DNA of 64,000 nt from Fonticula alba ATCC 38817. Taxonomy: Eukaryota > Protista > Nucleariida. Positions 22,026 to 35,487 of the stretch are shown piece by piece. Position numbers and translations under genes: made by a program. Below the pieces are notes generated by a model. It had not been told where the DNA came from and did no database searches. It saw only the letters and a list, made by a program, of their open reading frames with translations. Position 1 is the stretch's first letter. Every line of letters starts with the position of its first letter. Location of the stretch: NCBI GenBank assembly GCA_000388065.2, contig KB932204.1; one strand, 5' to 3'.

Positions 22026-24591
22026 CTTCTCGAACGGGGGCTAGAGCAGAGGCGATGGGCTCAGGAAAGGAAGGAAGGGGCAAGGAGCGAGTGTGTGTGG
22101 TGTGTGTGTGTGTGTGTGCGTGCGTGTGGATGCAAGCGAGGGAGGGATGAATGGGGAGGGTGGCTATGTGATCGGTGCCTGGCCGGGCAGGGAAGCCTCG
22201 AAAGGCGGGCTTTTTTCACATGAAAAGTTTCGAGGGCCTTCTCCCCTTGGGCAAGTCGCCCCCCCATCCTCTGGTGATGGAAGAGGAAAGTAAAGATGTT
22301 ACCATGTTGCTGGCATGCATCCTGGATCGCGTGTGGTAGCCGATACCTCCCCCCCCCCCCCCCCGCAGCCGGCGGGGTCCCCCTCCCGCGTCCCCCACAC
22401 TGGCACGGTTGTCTGGCGGGTGACGAGATACACCAGGGGTGGGGATGTTGGGGGGGGGGGGGGGGGGGTCAAGGACAGTGGGAAGGGGGAGCGAAAGTGT
22501 ATTCTCACTGGGAGAAAGCGCCCTCTGACTTGCGCGTCCCCCCCTGATGCCAACAGTGACCGAGGCCTCTCCCCGCAAGCCGCCATCCTGCCGTTGGCCC
22601 GATGACACGCCAGGGCGTCTTTTTTGATCACCGCTATCGTTGGGTGTGTCTCTCTGACCCTGTTTCCCCTTGCCACACTGGAGGCGGAGTCGAGGCGGGC
22701 ATTCGGCTCGCTCTAGCTAGGGCATGCATGAGCCGCTCGGTCTTCTCTCCGCATGCCCCTCGCGAGCGGGCTTTTTTTTCATTCCGAGTGTGTGTGTGGG
22801 TGGGGGGGGGGGGGGGGGCTGGAGTCCTGACCGAGTGTTGCTGCATCTGGGCGGCGGGTGCGGCTCCAGGGCACCTTGTCAATTGTTGTCAACGCCGCTC
22901 TGGAGGGGCAATGTACATTTTCAATCACATGCCCCTGTGGTGCATAGGGCCTATGACCGGTTTATCATATGACCACAGCTTAGACCACAATGTCAAAGAT
23001 CATGCCATGTAAAGTCCACAATCAAACTCACAAACGACAGGACCCGGACCTTCTGTCCGGCGTTTGGAGCCTCTTGCTTGGGGTCCTGCCTCGCTGGCTG
23101 AAAGTCAGTTTGCTGAATCTCCCTGCCGACCTGCCGGCCCCTCGGCGCATGCAATCACCTTCTGGGAGGCCTCCCTCGAAGCGCTCGTTCGCCTTGGAGC
23201 CCGGGTGCGGTGTTCGGCTTGCTCCAGCGAGAGCCACCAGAGGCCATGCTCCTCGCGCGATGCTCCTGCTGGCCTCTCGCGAGCCCCTCATGCTGGGTGA
23301 CATTTGAGGTGGGCTCAAAACTATGCCGAAGGTTGGTAAAGGCCGGACCCGCGAGGATGGCTTCATCATCTGCCCATGGGGCAGTTGGAAAGCTGGCGAA
23401 TTCCCCGCGCTGATCTGGCTTCGGTGCACAGTGTGGCGGGTACATCACATCCAGGTATTTATATGAGCATCTCCTAGAAGGCATGGATTTGAGCACGCAT
23501 CAGCGTGCAATTATGCAAGAGCAGACACGTCTGGAGCTCTTCCTTCCCCCACTGTGCCACCATGAAGAGGACTGTCCCCGCCGGACAGGGACTTGAGCAG
23601 GTGAGCCCGGGAGTTCTCACCAACTGGGACGAGCCGGCGCCGAATGTCTGCCCAGGTCGCCAGCAAGCGTGCAAGATACTTGTCAGTGGGAGATGCGAGA
23701 GGGCCCGGCAAAATCCACCTTTGTGTCATGCTCCGCAGGCCCGGTGGGTTTCGGTCCCGCGAAGGGGAGTTAAAGCCACGGCGGGGCTGGGTCATTGGAA
23801 GAAAAAAGGGCCCTCTCAGCGAGGGCCAGGGGGCTGGCGGTTTTTGAAGTGGGCTTCGCCTCTTCCTCCCGCCCAGCATGTGGGAAGCTTTTGTCAGTTC
23901 GTTCCCTTCGCTTGGTTTGTCCATGCGAAGCCAGCGTGTTCCGAGGCTCCGGATGGCGCATCGCCGGGGCATCTGTGCAAATAGGGTTTCATGGCGTTGC
24001 GCACGAGCTGTGGATGCCTGCTTGGGCCGGGGGTGGGGGGGGGGACTGCTTCAAGCAACGCGTGGCTTCTCGAGGTCCTTTCAGAATGATCGCTTCGACC
24101 ATGGGGCGATGCGTGAGCCGCTCATGCCTTTGAAAATGCTCCCCCGAGGGTGGCAACAGCCGTGTGCTCTGCGGGGAGAAAGGCGGTCGACCTTTCGCCC
24201 GTATACGGGCATCCACTTCTTGCCGGCATCCGAGGGCCCTCTTGCCCGGACCCAGCTGTCCCACCTTCTGCCCCGAGGGGGTGGGAGCGGGGCTACAGGC
24301 ATGGTTGGCATTTTTTATTGCGCACCCTGGGCGGCCCCGCGAAAACCAGCATTCGGGGCCGCCCCGAGTCGTTTGACCGGGCTCAGGTGCACCGTAAGCA
24401 GGCATGTTGTACGGTCAGGGGAGGGGGGCGTCCCACAGGCGGGACCCCCAGGGGCATCACATGCAAGGGCTCGTGGGCCCGCGTCAAGTTTACGGCCCTC
24501 AGGAACGTGCCGTGCGGCTACTTTGCCGGCTTGGATTACGGCAGGCTTCGGGGTCCTTCTGCTGCTAGGGCCAATGGGCAGATCTCCCCCC

Positions 24592-24601
24592 NNNNNNNNN
24601 N
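24592..24601. other. Assembly gap (10 N)
   Basis: Run of N. Confidence 1.
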
Positions 24602-25888
24602 CCCTCAAGGTGGTGTCTTGGCCCGGATATGTGATTGTGTGCGCTTGGGAGCAGTCGGACGGGCCAGAGACGTTCAGCAGGAGCTTGCCAGCCCCCCTCG
24701 GCGTCCATTGCTTCAAGCGACCTCAAAGGACAGTCGCACACGAGAGTGGCCGTCTCATGCACCGAGCAAGCCACAGAAGGCGTCCCTGCTGCTCGTAGTG
24801 ATGAATGGCGAAGCCTGCGAGGTCCCCCAAGCTCACCCTTTCAAACGCCCCTCTTGCTGTGGGGCGCAATCTTCCCCAGCCATATGTGAACGGAGCCGAC
24901 GCAGGTGAGCGCTTGATGGCCGGGCAGTTTTGAAACAAATCGGAAAAGACAAGTGTCGGGCGTGATTTTCATGAGATCCCTTCGCCTGCCAGGGAGAGTG
25001 ACGGAGTTTTGATTCCCTGACGGACCCCCATCCCCAAGACTGACATGGTTCTCGGAGCTGTGTGGGGGACTATTGTGGGCCAAGGGCGTCCGAGTGGGAG
25101 AGGTGGGAGATGGGGCGTCAGGCAAGAAACTCCCCCCCCCCCCCCCCCCCCAAGCTGGAGGCTTCAGACAGACGGTGTGGCAGTGGCGCCGGGCGGCGTA
25201 TTCCCCGTCCTCCCTTGGCGGGAGATGCGCTCGCTCGGTGGGCCGGTCGTTCAACCTCTATGACCGGGGCGGGTATTCCTGAGCGACATACCAAGCGCCC
25301 CCGTGCTCCGCCCTGCGCGGTGGTGCATCCGTCTGTCTTCATGGATACCTCTGAGCATGTTCACGAGGGGAGGGGGGGGGGGGGCGGAATGCCACACCAG
25401 CCCTCACGCTCGAGTCTTTCCGCTTTCCCTGCGTCTCGGAAGCCCGCGCACGCCATGGCCACTGACTTCCGGATCTTATCCCGACCTATTCATCAGCATA
25501 TTCACTGCGGCAGTGTAGCAACTCGACGGGGCTAGTAATGGAGCAAAAATACCCCCGGATAAATACGCCGCGCGTCTAGGACCTCTGTGACATGCTTCCC
25601 CCCCCAGAGGAAGCGAGGGTGCAAATACTTCAAGGTATCTATGCCCTAGACGATCCAAACGACCACACATACTCGCATGCGCACACGCACTCGCACACAG
25701 AGGCTTCCCCCGGGCCGAAATTTGCTACAGAGCACGGACAAACATCGAGGCCGCGATGTTGCCCTGCCGCCCAGGCATGCGCTTGAAAAGCCGGCGGGTC
25801 AACCGCCACTGCGTGGCCCCCGCCATGTGTGTGAGTTATGGAGGGATATCGCTGTGTCCGCCATTATCATCTCGCTCTCCCTCCCTCT

Positions 25889-25919
<31 letters not shown>

Positions 25920-26184
25920 NNNNNNNNNNNNNNNNNNNNNNNNNNNNNNNNNNNNNNNNNNNNNNNNNNNNNNNNNNNNNNNNNNNNNNNNNNNNNNNNN
26001 NNNNNNNNNNNNNNNNNNNNNNNNNNNNNNNNNNNNNNNNNNNNNNNNNNNNNNNNNNNNNNNNNNNNNNNNNNNNNNNNNNNNNNNNNNNNNNNNNNNN
26101 NNNNNNNNNNNNNNNNNNNNNNNNNNNNNNNNNNNNNNNNNNNNNNNNNNNNNNNNNNNNNNNNNNNNNNNNNNNNNNNNNNNN
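25920..26184. other. Assembly gap (265 N)
   Basis: Run of N between a (CT)n tract and poly-G. Confidence 1.
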
Positions 26185-26737
26185 GGGGGGGGGGGCGGTG
26201 TCGTGCTGTGGCTGTGATGGCCCCTACCGCCGCCTGGTCGGATGGGAGCTCCGGTGCGCAGCCAGGGGCCAACCACCGGAGCCGTCTCCCACGTTCTACA
26301 CGTGTAAGCCCACATTCGGCCTTCGGTCCTGTTTCGGAACTTTGTGTGTTGGGAGTTGGCATGTGTTTCTCGCGAGAGTTTCTGCGTTCCGCCCAGTGCC
26401 GGTGTGAGGGTGCTTCTCGTTGCGCTCCTTCCTGACTTCCTTCTTTCTTTCTTACTTGCGCGCTCTGCCTCTCTCTCTCTCTCTCTCTCGCTCTGCATGC
26501 GAGTGTAAGTGTGCTTGTAAGGCGGAGGGGCGAAGGTGCTACCGGCCCGGGTCTCTCCCCGCAGACGAGGGAGTCTCTCACTCGGGCGCGTCTGAACCTT
26601 TGGGGCGTGGGCCGGGATGTTTTTAACCCCGGCGCAACGAACAACCTAGCCCTTGGCGTCGATCACCGGGGCGCCAGGCTGGACCGGGGCGGGGGAGCAA
26701 AGAGAGTCGGCCACTTACTCCACACCCGTCTGCCCCC

Positions 26738-26820
26738 NNNNNNNNNNNNNNNNNNNNNNNNNNNNNNNNNNNNNNNNNNNNNNNNNNNNNNNNNNNNNNN
26801 NNNNNNNNNNNNNNNNNNNN
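26738..26820. other. Assembly gap (83 N)
   Basis: Run of N. Confidence 1.
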
Positions 26821-27987
26821 CCGCGTCTGCGTGTGCGGGACCGGCCCCCCTAGTCTGTCGCCGAGCCAGGAATGCCCACTTGCACGATGGCCGAGGCGGT
26901 GCCGGGGGCCAGACGCGAGAGTGGCCCCCATCTTGCCCACAAGCGTCCCCCCTACCGCTCCGATCGATTCTTTTCTCAGAGAATGGTGGCAGGCAGGCAG
27001 GCAGCCTTCAGAGGGCCACCATCAACTGAACCCCATTTATTGTGACTCGCAGACCATCCAAGAAGATGGCCCGAGCAGGAGGGAGAGCAAAGTTAAGGAG
27101 GCCTATGTTGAGATCTAATCATGGGAGCCCGCCTGTAATGCCGGGAAGAACACCGTATCAGCAGGCCATGATGGTCTAGGGTCTGCTCTGGGGGCCCAAA
27201 GGTGTTGAGGATTGCATCCCCCCCCCCCCCGGGCGAACTCCCCTTTGCCGAGCGCAATTTCCCCCTTCCTATCTCCGGCGCCCGGCAGGCGGGTCGATCG
27301 TCTGGCCTTGGACAACGCACGCCATCGCTTGTTGGAACGCTCGTGCTGGGGGCTGCCGGTGTGTGGGTGTATGGGTATTCTTTTTTTGCATGTGAGGGCG
27401 TGTTTGTCTCGACGCGGCCTCCAGCCTCACGCCGCTTCCATTGCGCGTGGTTGAGGGGATCGTTTTCCTGGAATTATTTGAGGCATCTCCCTGGGACCTG
27501 TAGATGGAGGATGCCACCGCTCACGACGATGGTCATCAACGTCCCCTTGAAAGCATCGGGTTGACCTTGGTGGGCGGTGCATGCCCTGGGATGGGAATAA
27601 CATGTGTGAGCGGGAAAATATAATTCTGCCTCGGGGTGCGTGTGTGGCCGTGAAGGAAGATATGTCTCTGCGTGTGGCTGTGTATGTGTGTGTGTGTGTG
27701 CGTGCGAAAAAGTGCGCGCATGTGGGAATGAGGGCGCGAACATTCGCTGCATGGATGAGGGGGAAAGGGGCCCTTGCCGCCTGGACGACAAGAAGGCCAG
27801 AGCGATGAAGAGCAGCCCAGTTATGGCTATCCTACTCAAGCCCCGGTTCGCCGGCCGTGCCTCGTCACCCTCGCCAGACCCGGTCCCTGCCTCGGTCTGG
27901 CCTTCACCCTCGCCGGACCTGGTCCCTGCCTGGCCGCGACATGTGAATATGGGGGAGGGCGGTGTGCCCACACGTGCACCTTCGTAG

Positions 27988-28016
27988 GCATGCATGCATG
28001 CATGCATGCATGCATG
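27988..28016. repeat. (GCAT)7 self-complementary microsatellite
   Basis: Seen directly. Confidence 0.9.
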
Positions 28017-31000
28017 TGCGTGTGCGTGTGTGATAGTGCATGGAGATCTTGGAAACGCGAGCAAAGGAGCACATGTAGACTCATGTACGCATTTGCACAC
28101 ACACACACACACACACACATACACACATGCGCGCACATACGCGGGAATAATACATTGCAGGCCCGCAGACTTACAGGGCAGAGTCTTTCTTCCGGGGAGT
28201 CTGGACGCGGTGAGTGCAGACACGCATGCCTGCTCGCGCCCAGGCAAGGTCCCTTCCCTCTCGACGCAGGGTTCCCCAGGCGCATGGCCTGCTCCAAGCG
28301 TGGCAGTGCGCGGCAAGGGCAGGCAAGCGCATGGGCGACCTCAGCCCAGTCATAATGAGTTGTAGCCGATGTGAAGACGGCCACGAGTGTGCCCTTGGGC
28401 GATCGAGCTCGGTCAGCAGCGGTGCGATCTAGCACATGGCCATATGCATGCTCAGCGCACATACAGCCCGAGAGGCCACGCGTGAGATGGGCCGGAGACA
28501 GGGTGCCGAGCGGTGGCTTCATCGGCCGGCCTGTTCCTCAGCTTCTCGATTTTCCGCAGGGTGTGCTTCCTTGCCCTTCTCAGCTGGGTGCCCGCCCCAA
28601 GGGTTGCACCCATCGAGTGGCCCTCTCCAGAGGACTCCGGCGTGGCCTCCCTCGCCCCCCTCCCCCCCTGAGCCGGTCCTTGGGGCCCGCGGCAGGGGGA
28701 CCGGTCTCATTCCCCTTGCCGCCCCCGGGCCCGCCTGCGCATGCGGGTGGTTGTTTTCCGGGGCACAGAGGCGAATTGTTCAGCATGCTACTAATTCCGA
28801 AGCCCCGTGCATGCATGCGGGCAGCAGCAGCTGCTTGTCGCTACCAGCATGTTGGGACGGAAACTCAAGCCCCGGCGCAAATCAGGCGCGGGGCTCTTTC
28901 CGAGGGAATTTCCTCGGAACAGCGCCGCCATGTGCCGGGCAGAAGATTGCTCCTCGTCATGCGGGCCAGCTATTAAGTGCTTGGCCCCCGCCCCCCCCCC
29001 CAGTGGGAGACTGCTCACGCTTCGAGGCCCGCCACCCTTCTGGCATCCCGCATCCCAGGCGACCCCCGTGCGGATTCTTGGCTTCACGCCTCTACCCCCC
29101 CCCCCCCCCCAGGAGCGGGCACAAGGGCCGGGGCGAGGGCGCTAGAGGGTGTGGGCGGGCCCGGGTCGAGTGGGGCCAGCCGGTACCACCTGGCTGGCCG
29201 GGCCGGGTTCCGGGATGCGGGGCTGGGATCGCGTGCGGCCCCATATTTCTTACCCCACAATTACGAGCGCCCCACCAGAGCGTGCGGACCGACCCGAATG
29301 ATCCGCTTCCGAAGAGGCTCTCGGATGGGGGGGATTGGGTGACATTAATTCCGAGCACCAGGCGAGCCGGAGATCCCGACTCACGGGCCCAGATTTGTGT
29401 CGGGCCTCAGGCCGATCCGCTGCTTTCCGTTGTTCGCCCGGAGGCTCTGCTGCGCTGTTCCTCCTTCATGTGCCCGGTCATGGGCAGTTGTCGTTCTCGC
29501 TCTGTCCTCTTCCATGGGCTCTCTCTCGCTCGCTCTCTCTCTCTCTCTCGCTCCCTCCGCCCTCACCCCCGAGACACGCCTACCACCTTGACTCTCCTCT
29601 CAACTGAGGGAGGCAGAAAAGGCGAGGATGCCCAGCGCGCCTATTCGGTCCCTCCTTTCATGCCCGCCAGCTGGAAAGGGGCCCGGAGCGGACCAACATC
29701 GGGTCTGGCCCGAGGCCCTGGCTGCCTCTCCGGGCCTGCGGAGAATGCACATGGAAATGTCCCCCGCCACCGGGGGTCCATTTCCATTTACCGAGCGCGA
29801 TCGCGAGCGTGTGACCCCGGGCGCTTGCCTCTCGGGACCAGCGTCATCATTGGCTACCGCCGGAGATGGCTCGAGGCAACAGGGAGATCATCCGGCCGGC
29901 GATCTTACGTGGTGGATCCTCCAGCAGCTGGTGTGAGACTGTTGTCGAGGGCGCTCAGGGATCAAGGTGCGACCTGAGGCCGGCCTCGAGACCGGTGGGG
30001 TAGCCGCGTACGCCTTCGGGTCTGTCAGCATGTCGGCCTTGGTGAGGCGGCCTCCGTGTGCGTGTGTGGGGATGTTTGCTGTGCCCGGGTCCGGCTGCCG
30101 CATTTCGCTCGTTCCTCTTCGAGCATTTGTCCGGATCTCGAATGTGCCTGCCCACGATCGTTGCGCCACTCCGCATGTTCTCTCTGGTCCCAGCCAGCAG
30201 GGTGGATCAGCTTTGCCGTTGGCCCCCGAGAGCGCCGAAAGGGCTAACTCGGCGAGGAGGGGCCGCAGCGTGGAGACCGGGTGCTCGCTGTGTGTGTGTG
30301 TGTGCGTGTGTCTGTGTGTCTGGGTGGGAGGGAGGGGGGGGGCAGGGCAGGGGGGCGCCCATGCGGGGTGGGCCGGCAAACAGAATGCCAGACGAGACTG
30401 GCGCGCCGCGGGCCCATTCCTCCTGGGGCTGGGGGCGATGGTTCGCCCGGAGGAGCGGGCACCGGTGCGGAAAGGTGTAGGCCATAACTGGCGAGCGGGC
30501 GGGACTTGTCCCCCGGCCCCGCCCCTTCCACTGCCCCTTCCTACGACGCCCTTTTGGGATGTCGACAAAATCAAGAACATGACCATCTCGCATGTGCCAC
30601 GCCCCGCCCCGGGACCAATGAGCGCCCCGGCCTCCTTCGTTTATCGTGCCAGGCGCTGGCCCGCCCCCCCTCCCCCGCCCTCTGCTGCCCCTCTTTCCCC
30701 TGGCCTACAGTCCCGCACTTGACCGCCATCCCACGAGCAGCTCCCCCAGGACGGCAGTGGGGTGGGAGGGTGGGAGGGGGCGAGGCACGACCTCAACCGA
30801 AGGGCCCTAATAAGCAGACCCAGGACCATGGGGGGGGGAGGGGGGGGGGCGCGGAGGAGCGGGGGTGGCCTCGCACTTCCAGCCGCCAGGCTGCCCGAAG
30901 CATCTCTCAAGGTCTGGATGGAAAAACCGCAGGCACACCCCATTCCACTGGGGTCGAGGGTCACATTCAAAACAATCCGGTCCATGTCTCATTACCCCGA

Positions 31001-31934
31001 CCAGCGGCACCACGTTCCTCCTACCTCCCTCCACCTGAATCTGTTCTTCGTGCATTCATCCCCCCCCCTCCCCACCTACAGACAGACACACACAAACCCA
31101 CCGGCCAAGATTGCTCCGTCCCCACCCGCAGCCCTTCTGCCGCTCGCCTTCGGTGTGTATTGGTGTTGTCCTGGGCGTCGATTTGATACCTGGACCCCAT
31201 CCTGCGGGGCTCTCTTTCCTCTTCCTCGTTTCGCCTGCCCTTTCCCTCCTCTCGACCCCTCTGGCGCTTGCCCTGCCTCTCGGGCTCTTGTTCGCCCTCC
31301 CCCCCTCTCTCTCTCTCTGTGGCATCCGTCCTACAGGTGATCCAGCAGCGGATTTTGGCTTCGCCAGCGCGTGTAGAAAGGTGCAAACCCCGGACTACAG
31401 ATAGCTGGCAAAGGAGAGGCTTGCGCAGCGCGCACAGCCGCGAAAGAGTGGCCGCCACAGCGAAGCACAGAAGGCGGCGCCACATCCCTCCCTGGGAGTT
31501 GGACATTCCTCTTGTCTGGATCTGGATTGAGCGCCTCGCCTGACAGCAGGTCTGGATTGCCGATTTCCCATCTCGGCCCCCCCCCCCCCCCTTCGGCCAA
31601 GTAGGTTGAGCACTCCGACATATCCTGGCGGATGCTGCAGCTGCCTCAGGACAGACTCGGCTGCCTTTCTTTGAAGCGGTGAATTTATCCCCCCCCCCCC
31701 CCCCCCCCCCGGCTCCTGGTGACACGGTATCCCCGCTCTTCTAGGTACGCCATGATAGCTACCGATGCCGGACAATACGCCTGCACGGCTCCCTGCTGCA
31801 CCTTGTATCCCACGCCCAAGACTTGAACACACTGCCGGCCTGGGACACGCGCCCCTGCCCCGGCTCACAGATGTTTCCCCACGCGCCGATCCCTCCATCC
31901 ACCCTTCACTCACCCCACAATCTCACCCCTTGCC

Positions 31935-31949
31935 NNNNNNNNNNNNNNN
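31935..31949. other. Assembly gap (15 N)
   Basis: Run of N. Confidence 1.
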
Positions 31950-32013
31950 CCCCCCCCTCTCCCGACAGCCTCACATTCGGTTGACCACCTCTCGGCCTCC
32001 TCCAGCTGACATC

Positions 32014-33885
32014 ATGCTCAAGCTTTTCGGCATCGGGCTCTTGGAGTCCTCGGTCCAGTCGGCCATCCTACGTGCGGGGCTGCTCTTTGCCCTGCTGGCG
32101 GTGGCTGGCTTTGTGTGGGTGGTGGTCAACACCTGGCAGGTGTACATTTATCTGCGTCGGCATCGCGAGCGCGCGGCCGCCGTCAAGCGGGCCACCAAGA
32201 AGGAGCTGGTCAATGTTCGTCTCAGCCGCAAGCGCCTGGACCATGAGAAGGCCTATCTTCGCCAGCAGGCGCGCTTGGTGTTGAAGCCTCTCCGTCGGAC
32301 TGGAGCCACGGATGCCGCCGCCGGAGCCTCGCCCAGCTGCCAGCCGGCCCATTGTGCGGACGGCCCCCGTCCGGAGGCACGCCATCCCCTGGCGCCGGCG
32401 ATGACGGAGTCCGGCCAAGCCTCGGAGTCGATGGCGGCCGGGCAGCGCCGGGCATCGGACTCGGCGAAGAGCCTCTTTCGGCGCTTTTCCTTGCTGCACG
32501 ATCAAACCGGCGGCGTGCGGCCCCTGCACGAGTGGGCAGCCTCGCGGAATCAAGTCCGGGCCATTACTCGCCGTGCCAGCTCGGCCACAGGCCCCGCGAT
32601 TTCCGCCAGCCTGCTGGCCCGCCGGCGGGTCCTCTGCCGGACCAAGAGCGCCGGCGGCTTTGCCGAGGAGCCGATCGGCACCGGGTCCCCGGGCAATCTC
32701 GGCTCAGTCAGCTCCCTGGCCCGGGGTCCGGGGCCTCGGGCGACCGGGGGCAGCATGCTGCCGGGCCTTGCACGGTACACGGAGGCCCTGCGCCTGCAGC
32801 GGCCGCCGGTTGCCGGGCTGTCATCGGCCGCGGTCCCTGCGGCCCGACTGCCGCGTGTCAAGCGCACCCTCTCCTGTGACATCGTCATCCAGTCCAACTC
32901 CACGGAGGTGGTGCAGTTCCGGCACTTTGATCAGCGCTTTGTGGACGATCGGGTGTGGTCGCCGGAGCACGGGGCCAACCCGTTGCTGGCGGACCCCAGG
33001 TCCGGCGGGCTGGCCGGTGCCGGCTCGATCACGGTCCTGGATGACGACCATGAGTCCGACACCGACACCCATGGGGCCTCGGCGGCTGACGCCGCCGGAG
33101 CCGGCCCAGGCTGTGAGGGTGAAGGTCCGCTGGACATTTTCCGAGCCATTCGCCCGGCCACGTCCGGGCGTGGCTCGCGGCCGGGCAACCCCACTGGCGG
33201 CGGGGCCCCGGCGCGGACCTGCATCCCCCACATGGATCTCATCACCACCACGACCATGACCACCACGACCACCATGACCACCACGACCACCACGACCACC
33301 ACCCTGGCGGCGGCGGCGGCGGCGGTGGCCGGCGCCGGCGCCGGCGCCAGTCGCAAGGGGGCCCGGCCCATGCCGAGTTCCTGGTCGGCCCTGTCCGGGG
33401 GCCTGCTGTCGGTGGCGTCGCGGGCGCTCCTCCGCCGGCGGGCCTCCCTCGGCGGTGGCCCGTCCACCGGGGGGACCTTCTCCGAGCGTGGCATCAAGGT
33501 TTCGGCCGGTAGCATCAAGAAAACCGCCCACTGGATCATCAACCGCAAGCTCCCCTTCCAGGACGCGGTGGAGGACGACGAGTTCAGCCCCCACCGGACG
33601 GTGGACAACGAGACATACGATCGCATGGTGCTGAATGTGGCACACGATGCGCGGGAGCGCATCCTCGGCGCCTGTCAGGCCGGGGTCACCCCCGGGCCGG
33701 CCATCCGCACGGCCCCCCGCCTGAAGCTGCTGAGTGCCCGTCTGTCGTCACTGAATGAGGCCGGCGATTCGGCCGAGGCTCGGGCCACTCTCGCCGGCCA
33801 GACAGCCCCACTGCCGGCTCTCCCCCCGAAGCCCACCATGGGGTCGGTGATTGCCGGGCATGTGGCTGCCACGACGGCTGCGGCT

Positions 33886-33920
<35 letters not shown>

Positions 33921-35442
33921 GGGCGCCGGGCCCGGCTCGGTTAGCGCCCCTTCCGGAGCCCCGCCGGCCTCCTTGGCGATGCCCTCGATTCCCGAGGCTG
34001 GTGCCTCGCGCTCTTGCTCGCCCAGTCCCGCCGCCAACGGCGCTGGGGGCCCGACAGCAGCGGCCAGTGGCATGGGCGATGCCACGGGGCCAGCGACACG
34101 CACACGCATGCGTCGCGCCTCGCTCGGTCCCTTCCGCCTGACGTCGCAACAGTCTTCCCCCCTGCCGAGCGCCTATCCCGGGCCGACGCCCCACTCGGCC
34201 GGGCCCTGGTCTCATGGCTGCTCCTCGCCGTCGACTTCCTTCGATGCCCTTGCGGCGGCGGCGGCGGCGGCGGCGGCTGCTGCGGCGGCGGCAGCCGATG
34301 CCCCCGCCCCGATGACTGGCCCTCCTGCGGTCGCGTGTGTGCCCGCTGCTGGAGCGGCCAGCGTGGTGCCACCGGCTGGGCCTGCCTCGCATTCGGGCCT
34401 GACGCAGCCGATGGCGGAACTGCCACTGAAGCCGATCGAGCTGCCGCCCTGCCCGCGGCCGCGAGAGCAGCGGTCGCCCTCGCTGCCCGGGTCGCCGCCC
34501 ATGCGTGTGGCCGCCCTGCCGGAGCCCATTTCCGATCGCCTGGAAGCGCTGGCCAGTCCATCAATGTGTAATGGCAGCCCCTTTGTCAATAGCCCGCCCT
34601 TGACGCCGGCCTCGGTGACCCGGAGCTTTGCCGACGCCTCGATGCAGGCCGCCGGGCCGGCAAGTCCCACTTTCCAGCAGCCCCTGGCCCCCAAGCCCCT
34701 ACTGCCGGCGCGCCCAGTGGCCGAGCTACTGCTGGCCAATCATGCTCGTGGCTTCTCGGAGACCGGGACCCCGGAGCTGCCGCCGGCCCTGCCGCATGTG
34801 GCCTCGCAGTGCCCGGGCAATGTGGCCGGGCCGGCATCGGTGCTGGGCATGCCGGGCCCGAGGCCCTTGCCGCATGATGGGGCCCTTGCGGTGCCCGGCG
34901 GCCGGGCGGCTCAGGACCCGGCCCCGGCCCCGGCCCCGGGACCGATGCCGCCCCCGGGTCCAGCGCACCCGCTGGGCCTCCATCCGATGCAGCTTTACAC
35001 CCCGAACAGTCACCCCCCCGGGATGCCAAGCAACCCGGAGCACCGAGCCATGAGCTGGAAGCCGGCTGGCCTGAGTCCCATCCAGGAATCGGCCAGCCCC
35101 TATTCGGCATCGCCCAGCATCGGAGGCTGGGTCAGTCCCACGATGCAGGGCCTCGCCGGGCCTGCGGCCTCCGGCTCGCCAGCATGCGGGGTCCTTGCTG
35201 CTCGGCCGGGCCCCAGCCCGGGGGATAGCTTCTCCTGCCGGTCGGGACTGTCCATGGCCCTCGGAGGCCAGGTCCCCCTCGGCGTCATGGACGATGAGGA
35301 TGCCAGTGTCAGCATCATCAGCTCCCGTTGTCCGGCGGCCAGCGGCGGCGTTGTGTCTTTGATCTCCACCAGTCGCGTGGGGCCTGGCGTCCGGCCTCTG
35401 TCGCCCCCGCCCTCGCCTCCATCGCAAATGGCCGCAAATGGC

Positions 35443-35487
<45 letters not shown>

